A DNA stretch of 64,000 nucleotides, from contig JAZSIR010000022.1 in the NCBI GenBank assembly GCA_045533905.1, positions 1-64,000 on the forward strand, given 5' to 3'. Shown here one piece after another: positions 9,884 to 20,236 of the stretch. The notes under the pieces are model-generated. The model did no database searches, was not told the DNA's origin, and saw nothing but the letters and a program-made list of their open reading frames with translations. The stretch's first letter is position 1. Each line of letters starts with the position of its first letter. The translations under genes were made by a program, and so were the position numbers. This DNA is from Clostridia bacterium (lineage in GTDB: Bacteria > Bacillota > Clostridia > UMGS1883 > UMGS1540).

Positions 9884-10738
9884 ATGGAAAATCTCTGGAT
9901 TTATTTCGTCATTCTGTATGCTTTTCTCCGTGCGGCGAGAGAGTCTATGAAAAAGATGGCCGCCTCCAAAACGCCCATCCTCGAAATTCTGTTTCTGTAT
10001 ACTTTTATTGGCTTTCTGCTGGCAATTCCGCATTGTGCAGAAGCCGTGGCGCTCCCGCCGCTCTTTATCGGCGCAGCATTTGTAAAGGCCTTTTTCTGCT
10101 ATATGGCGTGGCTTCTTTCTCTGTATGCCCTTCGCAAAATGCCCGTCAGCCTTTTCGGGATTCTTTCCCTTTCGGGCGTTCTTTTCAGTACGGTCTTTTC
10201 CGTGATTTTCTTTCACGAGGCTATCACACTTCCGAAGGTGGGCGGCCTTCTTCTTGTGCTTTTGGGGCTCTTCCTCGTAAACCGCGGCGAAGAGAAGGCG
10301 GACGGAAAATGCCCTCCCGCCGCCATTATTGCCGTATTTGTAAGCTGCTTTTTTAATTCCTCTTCCGCCGTCATCGACAAGGCGGTGCTCGTACATATCA
10401 CGCCCACGGCGCTGCAGTTTTGGTTTATGCTCTTTCTTGCGCTTATCGCCGCGGCGGGTCTCCTTTTGCGGAAAGAGAAGATTTCCTTTCGCCCTTTAAA
10501 AACAAATTTCTGGATTCCTCTGATGAGTCTCACGCTCGTCTATGGCGACCTTCTCTGGTTCACCGCGCAAAAAGACCCAAATAGTCAGCTTCTTTTAATT
10601 ACGCTTTTAAACCAGTCGTCCATTTTGTTTACGCTTCTCATCGGGCGCATCTTCTTTCGCGAAAAACGGATTTTATACAAACTTTTCTGCGCCGCGATTA
10701 TTGTGTTTGGTATTATATTGCCGCTTTTTGCCGCCTAA
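9884..10738 (+). CDS. EamA/DMT family transporter
   Basis: About 10 TM segments in two repeats, F.HE/FREK loops. Confidence 0.85.
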   Translation: MENLWIYFVILYAFLRAARESMKKMAASKTPILEILFLYTFIGFLLAIPHCAEAVALPPLFIGAAFVKAFFCYMAWLLSLYALRKMPVSLFGILSLSGVLFSTVFSVIFFHEAITLPKVGGLLLVLLGLFLVNRGEEKADGKCPPAAIIAVFVSCFFNSSSAVIDKAVLVHITPTALQFWFMLFLALIAAAGLLLRKEKISFRPLKTNFWIPLMSLTLVYGDLLWFTAQKDPNSQLLLITLLNQSSILFTLLIGRIFFREKRILYKLFCAAIIVFGIILPLFAA

Positions 10739-10921
10739 CGGGCGGCATTTTCTCTGTCTCCATACCCGTACGCACCATATCGGTTGCCGTTATGACGTCC
10801 AGATTTTTTCTGCCGCCCTTTATAATACTTGAGTTCATTTAGTATATCGAAAGGGAAAGGTCAACAGATAATGAAAGAAAGTTAGAAAAAACGTAAAATA
10901 GGACAAAGAGCGCATTTTCGA

Positions 10922-10950
10922 TTGACAGATAAAATTAAAAGTTATATAAT
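10922..10950 (+). promoter_or_regulatory. Consensus sigmaA promoter of the PHP gene
   Basis: TTGACA-N17-TATAAT followed by an AGGAGG RBS. Confidence 0.8.
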
Positions 10951-10976
10951 CAAGGTACAAAAAAGGAGGATTAGCT

Positions 10977-12008
10977 GTGAGAAAATATTTATTGCCCGAA
11001 ACGGGAAATTTCTATAAAGGAAATCTTCACACCCATACGAATGTATCCGACGGAACAATGAGCCCCGAGGATGTTAAGAAAATGTACAAGGATGCAGGCT
11101 ACAGCGTTGTGGCGTTTACGGATCACGACATTGTTGCACCTCAGAATCATCTTACGGATGAAAGCTTTCTTGCCATAACGGGCATGGAAAACTATATAAA
11201 TACTCCCATCATAAGAAGGAAAGACTGGGATTTTAACTTTATGCAGGCGTACCACCTCTGCTTTTTGGCGAAAGACCCTGATAATGTGGTTTGTCCTGCC
11301 TTTGCGGAGCAGTATGTTGAAAGAGCGCACAGCCTTGCCTATATGACGGAGGATATGAAAAAGTATGGCTATGACAGAGAGTACAGCCAAGCGTTTGTAA
11401 ATAAGATAATAAAGGAAGCCAACGAAGCAGGATTTCTGGTTACATACAATCATCCTGCCTGGTCCCTTCAGAACTATAAGGATTATGGCGAGCTTGAAGG
11501 CTTATGGGGCGTAGAGGTGTATAACACCGCAGGTGCAAGAGGATTTTTCCCCGATAACAATCAGGCGTTTGTTGATATGATTATGGAGGGTAAAAATGTA
11601 TTCCCTGTTGCTGCGGACGACTCCCACAGCTTAAATTCAGCTCTCGGCGGTCACGTATGGATAAAGGCGGAAAAGCTAGAGTACAAGACCATAATGGATG
11701 CTCTTGAAAAAGGCGACTTCTATGCTTCGACAGGTCCCGAAATAACGGAGCTTTATGTTGAAAACGAATGTCTCACGGTAAAAACCAAGGGTGCAGAGGC
11801 AATTTACCTTAATACAGAGTGTCGCCACGGCTCCATTGTCAAGGGAAAAGACGAGGTAGGATTCAATCTTAAGGATTATCTTACGGTGCTTCGTGCCGAT
11901 GACTGTCAGGATCCCTTCCGTCCCTTTGTAAGGGTGACGGTAAGAGGCAAGGACGGAGGAATGGCACAGACAAGAGCGTATTTCCTGGACGAAATCGGGT
12001 TACTTTAA
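10977..12008 (+). CDS. PHP-domain metallohydrolase (CehA/McbA-like)
   Basis: KGNLHTHT..SDG, AFTDHD, YNHP.WS and ADDSH metal-binding motifs. Confidence 0.88.
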   Translation: MRKYLLPETGNFYKGNLHTHTNVSDGTMSPEDVKKMYKDAGYSVVAFTDHDIVAPQNHLTDESFLAITGMENYINTPIIRRKDWDFNFMQAYHLCFLAKDPDNVVCPAFAEQYVERAHSLAYMTEDMKKYGYDREYSQAFVNKIIKEANEAGFLVTYNHPAWSLQNYKDYGELEGLWGVEVYNTAGARGFFPDNNQAFVDMIMEGKNVFPVAADDSHSLNSALGGHVWIKAEKLEYKTIMDALEKGDFYASTGPEITELYVENECLTVKTKGAEAIYLNTECRHGSIVKGKDEVGFNLKDYLTVLRADDCQDPFRPFVRVTVRGKDGGMAQTRAYFLDEIGLL

Positions 12009-12069
12009 TAATGAAAGGGTGTCGGATGTTTTTATCCACACCCTTTTTATGTACTTGAAGCAACAAAAA

Positions 12070-12171
12070 AAGACAGGTAAAGGCGTGTTTCTCAATTTGC
12101 CAATTCCTTTTCCTGCCTCGCAAAAGATACATTTGGAAATTTTCAACAGCCTTTTTTGTTATGATTTGCAT
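12070..12171 (-). pseudogene. Possible 5' remnant of a tyrosine recombinase gene
   Basis: An AAGGAG RBS precedes MQIITKKAVENFQMYLL...IEKH, which resembles clostridial integrase N-termini (IT...IE.F..YL...TIEKY); the similarity then ends. Confidence 0.3.
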
Positions 12172-12255
12172 GTTCCCACTCTCCTTCCCTATACATTTTA
12201 CCACCTTTTTATAAAATGTATAAGAAACACATGCCGTTTTTTCGCGGCACCTCGT

Positions 12256-12783
12256 TTATATCCCGTATGCTCCCGTTACAGGGTCTTTAAATACGGGCAA
12301 GTGCGGCGGAAAAAATGTGAATACCGCAAAAAGAAGGGAAAGCGTGAGAAAAACGGCAAAGGCAGCCTGCGGCGCACAGGTGGCAAGGTCGCCTTCTCTG
12401 AACCGTTTCGTCTCCCACCAAAAGGCGGCCGCCGCCGAAATAAAGAAAATAGAGATATTTACAAAATCGGGCAGTGTGCCGAAAAAGCCTGAAAGCGTAT
12501 AATACAGCACAGGGATAAGAAGGGTGCCGAGGAGCGTGCCGCAAAGCTTTATGCACCAAAAATCGGGGTTTTGGGGAAAGAGCGTACGGCTTTCCCGCGC
12601 GGCATAGAGAAACATCGGAAAAAAGAGAATCTTCATGTGTTCCCAAGTCGATTCGTTTACCGCCGAAAACCACGCTACAAAGGGATTTCCTCCCGTCCAT
12701 GCATACAAAAAGTGCAACAAAACGCCTAAAATGCTGACAAACAGAAAGCCTTGCAGCTGTTTTTTCAGAATTACTTTTTTCAT
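12256..12783 (-). CDS. Conserved membrane protein (DUF6512-like)
   Basis: LLHFLY.W, FSAVNESTWEHMK.LFFP and F.DP.TG.YG motifs. Confidence 0.8.
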   Translation of the reverse strand: MKKVILKKQLQGFLFVSILGVLLHFLYAWTGGNPFVAWFSAVNESTWEHMKILFFPMFLYAARESRTLFPQNPDFWCIKLCGTLLGTLLIPVLYYTLSGFFGTLPDFVNISIFFISAAAAFWWETKRFREGDLATCAPQAAFAVFLTLSLLFAVFTFFPPHLPVFKDPVTGAYGI

Positions 12784-12880
12784 ACTTTCCTCCATGCAGT
12801 TTTTGGAAGTATATGCCGCGCATGGAGAAAGGTTGCAAGTCCTCAGAAAAAGGGACTGCCAAAAGGCAGTCCCTTTTTTT

Positions 12881-14212
12881 CTACATATATTTATATTGCT
12901 TCCGCAGGACGAAAATAAAGATGCCTGACATTATGGCGGCAAGCGCTTCTGCAAGAGAGAGCGAAATCCAGATGCCATCCACGCCCCAGAAGAAGGGCAG
13001 CACAAGCGCCGTTACCACCTGAAAGACGAGCGTGCGAAGAGTAGAGAGCAGCGCAGAGACGGGGCCGTTATTGAGTGCCGTAAAAAACGAAGAACCGAAA
13101 ATCGCAAACCCCGAAAACAGAAACGAAGTAGCAAAAATACGAAGACCGCGCGTTGTAAGGGCGCAAAGCGCCGCGTCATACCCCGCAAAAACGGACGAAA
13201 AGGGCGCGGCGAAGATTTCCGCCGCGAGCACCATTAAAGCGGCCGCCGCGAAGGTGATGACCACGCTTTTCCGAAGAAGGCTTCGCAATTCGCACGTATT
13301 TTTGGCGCCGAATTGGTAGCCGATGACGGGGGATGTGCCGTTTGCATACCCGAAGGAAATACCGATAAAAACGAGCGTGATATACATCATAATCCCGTAG
13401 GCGGCGACGCCATCCTCCCCCGCATAACGAAGAAGCTGGGTGTTATACAAAATACTCACGAGGGACCCCGAAATGCCGTTTACAAATTCGGAAAGTCCGT
13501 TTAAAAGACCTTTTAAAAACGGCTTCGGTTCAAAGCGCGTTTTGCCAAGGTGCAGAAGACTTCCGTTTTTTCTGAAAAAGTACAAAAGCGGCACGCCTCC
13601 GCCTACGATTTGGCTTGCGGCGGTGGCAAGAGCGGCACCGAGAAGCCCCATATCAAAAAGCGCCACGAAAACGGCATCGAGAAGAATATTCGTAAACCCC
13701 GCCAAAAGCGTTACATAAAGGCCGAGCTTTGGCCGTTCCGCTGTGACGAAAAACATCTGAAACGCAAACTGCAAGTTCCAAAACGGCATGGAAAGCAGAA
13801 GAATTTTGCCGTACATATCCGCCATTTGCAGCATTTCACCTTCTGCCCCAAGGTGTGCCATGAGCGGTTTTAAAAGAAAGATGCCGAGCACCGTAAACAC
13901 CACGCCCAAAAAGAAGCAGATATAGACAAACAGCGAAAAGAGACGGTTTGCTTCCTCCTTTTTCCCTTCGCCCATCGTTTTCGCCACAAGGGCGCTGCCG
14001 CCCGTGCCGAACATATAGCCGAAGGTGGACAAAATAATTAAAATGGGGTATACAAAGTTTATCGCGGCAAGTGCCGTTTTGCCTGCGTAATTCGACACAA
14101 AAAGACCGTCCACTATGCCGTAGAGCGACGTAAAAATCATCATAATTACGGCAGGGAAAGTGAAGCGGAGAAGCTTTTTATATGTAAAATGGTCCGACAA
14201 ATGAATTTCCAT
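12881..14212 (-). CDS. MATE family efflux transporter
   Basis: FTSLYGIVDGLFVSN, NILLD.VF...G..GAALAT motifs; about 12 TMs. Confidence 0.94.
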   Translation of the reverse strand: MEIHLSDHFTYKKLLRFTFPAVIMMIFTSLYGIVDGLFVSNYAGKTALAAINFVYPILIILSTFGYMFGTGGSALVAKTMGEGKKEEANRLFSLFVYICFFLGVVFTVLGIFLLKPLMAHLGAEGEMLQMADMYGKILLLSMPFWNLQFAFQMFFVTAERPKLGLYVTLLAGFTNILLDAVFVALFDMGLLGAALATAASQIVGGGVPLLYFFRKNGSLLHLGKTRFEPKPFLKGLLNGLSEFVNGISGSLVSILYNTQLLRYAGEDGVAAYGIMMYITLVFIGISFGYANGTSPVIGYQFGAKNTCELRSLLRKSVVITFAAAALMVLAAEIFAAPFSSVFAGYDAALCALTTRGLRIFATSFLFSGFAIFGSSFFTALNNGPVSALLSTLRTLVFQVVTALVLPFFWGVDGIWISLSLAEALAAIMSGIFIFVLRKQYKYM

Positions 14213-14274
14213 TTTTGCCTCCTCTTAGGTTCTCCCCCGTATTGTATCATGCTTTTCTCCGTTTTGCAATGGGC

Positions 14275-14292
14275 GTTCATACTATGTTCATA
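14275..14292 (+). promoter_or_regulatory. Tandem OmpR-type binding repeat upstream of the response regulator
   Basis: GTTCATA-N4-GTTCATA (11-bp period) just upstream of TTGCAC...TATACT. Confidence 0.55.
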
Positions 14293-14356
14293 AAAAAATT
14301 GCACGTCCTTTCATTTTGTGGTATACTAAAGGTACTACTGCAGGAGGGATTTTCAG

Positions 14357-15049
14357 GTGGCAGCTTCTATTTTAGTTGTAGACGACGATATGAATATTTG
14401 CGAGCTTCTCCGGCTCTACCTCGAAAAAGAGGGATACCGCGTTCTCTCAGCCGGGGACGGCGAGGCGGCACTCGCCGTTTTTCAGAAGGAGCACCCCGAC
14501 CTTCTGGTGCTCGATTTAATGCTCCCGAAGCTGGATGGGATGGAGGTTTGCCGCGCCGTGCGGAAAATCTCTTCGGTGCCGATTATTATGCTTTCGGCGA
14601 AGGGCGAAACGCTCGATAAAGTCTTAGGCCTTGAAATGGGCGCGGATGACTATATCGCAAAACCGTTCGAGGCGAAAGAGCTTGTGGCGCGCGTGCGCGC
14701 CGTTCTCCGGCGCAGTATGGCGCAGACGGAAACGGCGGAAAAAGCGGTTGCCTACCCTTCGATCCGGATAAGCCTTACGACGTATGCGCTTACTTTGGGC
14801 GGACAGACGATTTCCGTGCCCCCGAAGGAGCTGGAGCTTTTATACCATCTCGCCTCCCACCCGAACCGCGTGTATACAAGGGAGCAGCTTCTCGAAGAGG
14901 TGTGGGGCTTTGACTATTTCGGCGATTCCCGCACGGTGGATGTGCACGTAAAACGTCTTCGCGAAAAGCTCGAAGGATTTGAGGACGGCTGGCAGCTGAA
15001 AACGGTGTGGGGCGTCGGATATAAATTTGAGGTGACGGCACTTGCATAA
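14357..15049 (+). CDS. OmpR/PhoB-family response regulator
   Basis: VVDDD, LDLMLP, GADDYIAKPF, RTVDVHVKRLREK and TVWGVGY motifs. Confidence 0.96.
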   Translation: MAASILVVDDDMNICELLRLYLEKEGYRVLSAGDGEAALAVFQKEHPDLLVLDLMLPKLDGMEVCRAVRKISSVPIIMLSAKGETLDKVLGLEMGADDYIAKPFEAKELVARVRAVLRRSMAQTETAEKAVAYPSIRISLTTYALTLGGQTISVPPKELELLYHLASHPNRVYTREQLLEEVWGFDYFGDSRTVDVHVKRLREKLEGFEDGWQLKTVWGVGYKFEVTALA

Positions 15050-16445
15050 AACAATTTTCGGGCGCATTTTAATTTCCACAATTTTAACTGTTACGTTTTG
15101 CATGGTTTCGCTTTCTGTGCTTCTCTTCACGCTGTTCGGAAACTATATGATCGGCGAACAAAAACGCACCTTGCGCGAGGAAGCTGTGCGTGTGTCGGCG
15201 CTGACAGCCTTCTTTCAGGATAATCCCGAGGCAGCCGTGGGCGCGTTCTACTATAAAACGCTTGAGGATATTTCCCTTCGCATAAACGGCGTTGTCTTCC
15301 TTGTAAACCCCGAAGGGAAAGTGATTGCCGCCTCCGAAAATGCGAACGTGCATCTTTCGGGAACTCTACCGAAGGCGCTTCTTACCCGTCTTTTCTCCGG
15401 CGAATATGCGCAGCTCGGGAATTTTAGCGGCCTTTTCCCCGATACGTATCTGCTCGTATCAAGCCCCATTTCCTATCACGGGCAGACACCTGCCGTAAGC
15501 TGCACCGCGGTGCCGATACCAAACATTCACCGCTACCGGAACGAAGTGTTTCGGCTTGTGCTTTGGTCGGTGCTTTCGGTAGCGCTTCTCACCTGTATCA
15601 TTTCGTATTTTATCTCTCGCCACATTTCAAAACCCTTAAAAGACATAAGCTTTGCGGCCAAAAGCATTGCACGCGGCGACTTCTCCGTGGAGGTGCCCGT
15701 GCGCGGTACGGGCGAGCTTGCGGCGCTTTCGGAAACATTTAATCAGATGACGTTTTCCCTCCAAAAGCTCGAAGAGATGCGCGACGGATTTATCGCCAGC
15801 GTTTCGCACGAGCTCCGCACACCGATGACGACCATTTCGGGCTTTATAGAGGGTATTTTGGACGGCACCGTGCCAAAGGAACGCGAGGCGGAATATCTTT
15901 CCATTGTGCTTTCGGAAACGAAGCGGCTTTCTCGCCTTGTAAATGAGCTTCTGCTCGTGGCGCGGATGGAAGGCGGGCTCGCCTTAAAGCGTACTCTCCT
16001 GGATATGAACGAAGCCGTACGCCGCGCGATCTTGCGGTTTGAGAAGGCCTTTTCCTCCAAAAACATAGAGGTGAACATCGAATTTGATGCGGAGACCTGC
16101 CCCGTAAATGCCGACAGAGATGCGATGGACCGCGTTCTTACAAACTTATTTGATAACGCCGTGAAATTCAACCGCGAAGGCGGCTATGTGCGCGTGCACG
16201 TATCCGGGGGTGAATCGCCCGCCGTGATGGTGGAAAATTCCGGTGCAGGCATTTCGGAAGAGGATCTTCGTATGATCTGGGATAAATTTTATAAGACGGA
16301 CGCAAGCCGGAGCCTTGACAAAACGGGCGTAGGCCTCGGGCTTTATCTTGTGAAAAACATTATTGCCGCGCACGGCGGTAAAATTACGGCCGAAAGCGTA
16401 GAAGGCGAATACACGCGTTTCGTGTTCACGCTGGGTAAAAAATAA
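15042..16445 (+). CDS. HAMP-domain sensor histidine kinase
   Basis: SHELRTPMT H-box, NLFDNAVK N-box, GVGLGL G2-box, two TMs. Confidence 0.96.
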   Translation: MHKTIFGRILISTILTVTFCMVSLSVLLFTLFGNYMIGEQKRTLREEAVRVSALTAFFQDNPEAAVGAFYYKTLEDISLRINGVVFLVNPEGKVIAASENANVHLSGTLPKALLTRLFSGEYAQLGNFSGLFPDTYLLVSSPISYHGQTPAVSCTAVPIPNIHRYRNEVFRLVLWSVLSVALLTCIISYFISRHISKPLKDISFAAKSIARGDFSVEVPVRGTGELAALSETFNQMTFSLQKLEEMRDGFIASVSHELRTPMTTISGFIEGILDGTVPKEREAEYLSIVLSETKRLSRLVNELLLVARMEGGLALKRTLLDMNEAVRRAILRFEKAFSSKNIEVNIEFDAETCPVNADRDAMDRVLTNLFDNAVKFNREGGYVRVHVSGGESPAVMVENSGAGISEEDLRMIWDKFYKTDASRSLDKTGVGLGLYLVKNIIAAHGGKITAESVEGEYTRFVFTLGKK

Positions 16446-16448
16446 ATT

Positions 16449-16491
16449 TTTACAGCGCGTTCACAGTTTTTTCATATTTTTACGATATACT
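16449..16491 (+). promoter_or_regulatory. Three 11-bp-spaced boxes and -10 element upstream of htrA
   Basis: TTTACA (16449), TTCACA (16460), TTCATA (16471), then TATACT (16486) with no good -35. Confidence 0.55.
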
Positions 16492-16534
16492 GAAACTATC
16501 CTCTTTGAAATACAAGGATAAGGAGTGAAATATT

Positions 16535-17743
16535 ATGCAGGAATTTCATCAGTTTGAATGGCACAGCCAAGAAAATACCGCGCGGGAAACGGTAGCCCAC
16601 GCCCCCGTGCCGGAGAAAAAGAGCCGCACGTGGCTCGTGGCGCTTTCGAGCGCCGTGGTAGGTGCGCTTGTTGCCTCGCTTGTTCTTCCTATAAGCGCAG
16701 GCTTTTTCGGGAAAAGAACCTTTTCCTTCCCCGAATCGACCGGGACACTGCTTCCGGTGGAGCAGGTGACCTATAACCCCGAAACGCGGCAAGAGCTTAC
16801 AAATGCCCAAATCGGCAAGATGGTAGGCCCCGCAGTCGTCGGCATTACCACGCTTGTGGAAACGCAGGGGTATTCGTTCTTCGGGTACAGCACCCCCTCG
16901 CAAAGCACAGGAAGCGGCAGCGGCATTATTTTTTCCGCTGACGGCTATATTGTTACCAATAACCATGTAATCGAAAATGCGAAAAGCATCAAGGTTATCC
17001 TCAATAACCGAAAAGAATTTGACGCGCGCGTAATCGGCAAGGATGCAAAGACAGATCTGGCCGTTCTCAAAATTGATGCGACAGATCTCCCCGTAGCCGT
17101 TTTCGGTGATTCGGCACTGCTTGAAGCGGGCGAGCGCTGTCTCGCTATCGGTAACCCCTTGGGGCAGGAGCTTGCAGGGTCCTTAACCCACGGCATCATC
17201 AGCGCCCTCGGGCGCACGCTCACGGTGGACGGCGTTACCTACACGCTGATCCAGACCGATGCCGCCATCAACCCCGGCAACAGCGGCGGTGCGCTCGTGA
17301 ATGCATACGGCGAGGTCATTGGCATTAACACCGTTAAGGTAAGCTCGGCACAGGTGGAAGGCCTTGGCTTTGCCATTCCCATTGACAATGCAAAGCCGAT
17401 TATCGAGGACCTTGTAAACCACGGCTATGTGAAGGGACGGCCGCAGATTGGCGTAACGCTCATTTATGTTACAGAGGAAGAGGCGCGGTATTATAATATC
17501 CCCTCGGCAGGGCTTTTTGTAAGCGATGTGTCAAATGGTAGCGGCGCGGCCGCAGCCGGCATCCGCAAGGGCGACGTAATTCTCAAATGTAACGGCGAGA
17601 AGGTCGGCTCTTCGGAGGAAATCAACGCCATCCGCGACAAATTCCGCGCGGGCGATTCGATTACGCTAACCGTAAACCGAGACGGCACCGTTTTAGACAT
17701 CAAGGTTACCTTACATGAAGAAAAACCCACCTTTGCACAGTAA
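16535..17743 (+). CDS. htrA: HtrA/DegP serine protease with PDZ domain
   Basis: GSGII, TNNHV, DLAVLKI, QTDAAINPGNSGG; C-terminal PDZ; N-terminal TM. Confidence 0.95.
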   Translation: MQEFHQFEWHSQENTARETVAHAPVPEKKSRTWLVALSSAVVGALVASLVLPISAGFFGKRTFSFPESTGTLLPVEQVTYNPETRQELTNAQIGKMVGPAVVGITTLVETQGYSFFGYSTPSQSTGSGSGIIFSADGYIVTNNHVIENAKSIKVILNNRKEFDARVIGKDAKTDLAVLKIDATDLPVAVFGDSALLEAGERCLAIGNPLGQELAGSLTHGIISALGRTLTVDGVTYTLIQTDAAINPGNSGGALVNAYGEVIGINTVKVSSAQVEGLGFAIPIDNAKPIIEDLVNHGYVKGRPQIGVTLIYVTEEEARYYNIPSAGLFVSDVSNGSGAAAAGIRKGDVILKCNGEKVGSSEEINAIRDKFRAGDSITLTVNRDGTVLDIKVTLHEEKPTFAQ

Positions 17744-17857
17744 GAAAAACGAAGAGAGGCTCCCCGCAGCCTCTCTTTTTGTATAAAAAACTTGCAAACT
17801 CCGGTGCAGTTTGTTATAATGTACATATACCACTTTTTGGAAAGGAAGGTTCTCACT

Positions 17858-18238
17858 ATGGATGAAAATAAAATGCCGGAAATTGCAAACGGCGTAAAAA
17901 TCTCGGATGATGTTGTACAGATTATTGCAGGCATTGCGGCAGGCGAAGTTGACGGCGTGCATTCGCTCGGCAATTCCCTGGCCGGCGGCATTGCGGAATT
18001 TCTCGGCGGCAAGAAAACCGTTTCGCGCGGCGTGAAGGTAGATATCCGCGAGACAGAGGTTTCTCTGGATGTGCACGTAGTGGTGCGCTACGGCGTTCGC
18101 ATTCCCGATGTTGCCTGGAATGTGCAGGAAAAGGTAAAGGATGCTGTGGAAACGATGACAGGCCTTACGGTTTCGAAGGTCAACATCCACATTGACGGCA
18201 TCAGTATGGACAAAGAAGAAGAGGCAGACGCCGAGTAA
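17858..18238 (+). CDS. Asp23/Gls24 family protein
   Basis: ISDDVV.IIAGIAA.EV.GV ... YG..IP.VA..VQ..VK..VE.MTGL.V..VNI motif. Confidence 0.92.
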   Translation: MDENKMPEIANGVKISDDVVQIIAGIAAGEVDGVHSLGNSLAGGIAEFLGGKKTVSRGVKVDIRETEVSLDVHVVVRYGVRIPDVAWNVQEKVKDAVETMTGLTVSKVNIHIDGISMDKEEEADAE

Positions 18239-18252
18239 AGGAGCACAAACAA

Positions 18253-18666
18253 ATGAAAAAGTTTCTGAAAGAATTCAAGGAATTTGCAATGCGCGGTAAT
18301 GTCATAGATCTTGCCGTCGGCGTTATCATCGGCGGTGCTTTCAAAGGAATCGTCGATTCTCTCGTAAACGATGTGGTTTCGCCCCTTATCGGCCTTGTGG
18401 CAAAAAAGGATTTCTCCACCCTTGTATTTACCATTTTAGGGGTGGAGGTGCACTACGGTGCCTTCATCACGGCCGTCATCAACTTTGTGATTATGGCCTT
18501 CGTCATTTTCCTTTTTGTAAAGCTTATGAACTCTCTTTCTGCTATCGGCAAAAAGGAAGAGGTTATCGTGGAAGCGGCAACCACCAAGATCTGCCCCTTC
18601 TGCAAGAGCGAAATTGCAATTGATGCTACGCGCTGCGCCCATTGCACATCTTCTCTGGAGGAATAA
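18253..18666 (+). CDS. mscL: Large-conductance mechanosensitive channel with C-terminal CxxC..CxxC
   Basis: [24 protein letters not shown] signature. Confidence 0.96.
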   Translation: MKKFLKEFKEFAMRGNVIDLAVGVIIGGAFKGIVDSLVNDVVSPLIGLVAKKDFSTLVFTILGVEVHYGAFITAVINFVIMAFVIFLFVKLMNSLSAIGKKEEVIVEAATTKICPFCKSEIAIDATRCAHCTSSLEE

Positions 18667-18669
18667 AAT

Positions 18670-20112
18670 ATGAAGCCTTTATTTACGTGTGACGAAGTCC
18701 GCACGGCAGAAGGTGCTTCCATCGCGGCCGGTATCCCCGGCCGCGTTCTTATGGAAAACGCTGCCTCGGCCGCCGCGCGCCTGTTGGAAAATGCATCCTC
18801 GGTATATATCTTTTGCGGCGCGGGCAACTGCGCGGGGGACGGCTTTGCCCTCTCGCGCCGCCTTTTTATCCGTGGCCGGAAAGTTACTGTTGTGCTTGTA
18901 GGCGATACTGCGCGCCTTCCGGAAGATGCAGCGGCAAACTTTGCCGCGGCCCGCGCGCTCGGCGTGCCTATGCTCGATTTTGACGAGGTGGCCGGCAGCC
19001 CGCTCCCGAAAGGAGCGCATATTGTCGATGCCATTTTGGGCATCGGCCTTTCCCGCGAGGTGGAAGGGAGATTCCGCGCGGCCATTTCCTATATAAACGA
19101 AAGCGGCGCACCCGTTTTGGCGCTGGATATTCCGAGCGGCATTGATGCCGATACCGGCCGCGTCTTCGGTTGCGCGGTGCGCGCTACGCACACGGTGACC
19201 TTTGGGCTGTGGAAGCTCGGCCTCTTCTCGCCGCTTTCGGCCGACTATGTGGGCGCGCTTTCCTTTGACGATGTTTCCATCCCCACGCCCGCCTCTTCGC
19301 GGCGCTTCCTTTTGGAAAAAGAAGATATTCTCCTGCCCCGTGCCGCGCGGGCGACACACAAAGGCACAAACGGGCACGCGGTCATCATAGGTGGCAGCCT
19401 CGGTATGGCCGGCGCGGCCGTGATGAGCGCGGAGGGCGCCCTTATGGGCGGCGCCGGGCTTGTGACAGTGATGGCAGAGGAAACCACGCTTCCCGTTCTC
19501 ACAAAGCGGCTGACGGATGCGATGTGCGCGCCGCTTTCCGCCTCGCTTCCCGAAAAAGCCAACGCCGTTTTGGTCGGCCCCGGTCTCGGAAGAGGTGAAG
19601 CAGGCAGAAAGGCGTTTATGACAGCGATAGAAGCGGCACGCGGCACGCTGATTCTTGACGCCGACGCTCTTTTCCACCTTGCAGAGGACCTCACCGTTTT
19701 GAAAAAGGCCAAATGCCCCGTAATTCTGACGCCGCATATGGGCGAGATGGCGCGCCTTTGCGGGCTTTCTGCCGCGGAAATTACGGAAAACCGCGTAGAA
19801 ATTGCGGAGCGTTTTGCGGCGGCGCACGACGTTACCCTCGTCCTAAAAGGTGCCTTTACCGTTGTGGCAAACCCCGCGGGACAGACATATATTAATATGA
19901 CAGGCAACGCGGGCATGGCAAAGGGAGGAAGCGGCGATGTGCTCGCCGGGCTCATCGCAGGGCTTTCCGCTTCCGGTGTGCCGGATGCGGCAAAAGCGGC
20001 CGTCTATCTCCATGGTATGGCAGGCGATATGGCCGCCGAAGCTTTAGGCGTGCGCTCGATGCGCGCCTCCTCTTTACTAAAATTTCTTCCCAAAGCAATA
20101 AAATGTATGTAA
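18670..20112 (+). CDS. nnr: Bifunctional NAD(P)H-hydrate epimerase/dehydratase
   Basis: LMENA, G.GN..GDG, DIPSG, HKG..G, GPGLG, DADAL, LTPH.GE and GGSGDVLAG motifs. Confidence 0.94.
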   Translation: MKPLFTCDEVRTAEGASIAAGIPGRVLMENAASAAARLLENASSVYIFCGAGNCAGDGFALSRRLFIRGRKVTVVLVGDTARLPEDAAANFAAARALGVPMLDFDEVAGSPLPKGAHIVDAILGIGLSREVEGRFRAAISYINESGAPVLALDIPSGIDADTGRVFGCAVRATHTVTFGLWKLGLFSPLSADYVGALSFDDVSIPTPASSRRFLLEKEDILLPRAARATHKGTNGHAVIIGGSLGMAGAAVMSAEGALMGGAGLVTVMAEETTLPVLTKRLTDAMCAPLSASLPEKANAVLVGPGLGRGEAGRKAFMTAIEAARGTLILDADALFHLAEDLTVLKKAKCPVILTPHMGEMARLCGLSAAEITENRVEIAERFAAAHDVTLVLKGAFTVVANPAGQTYINMTGNAGMAKGGSGDVLAGLIAGLSASGVPDAAKAAVYLHGMAGDMAAEALGVRSMRASSLLKFLPKAIKCM

Positions 20113-20236
20113 CGCCCTCTTTTTGTACAGAATAGTAGCGAAGGGAGCACCCCGGATGGCAGAAATTACATTTGACTTTGCCCTCGCCGCGCCGTATACT
20201 ATAAGTATACACAAAGGCGAAGGGAGGCTTGGTGCC

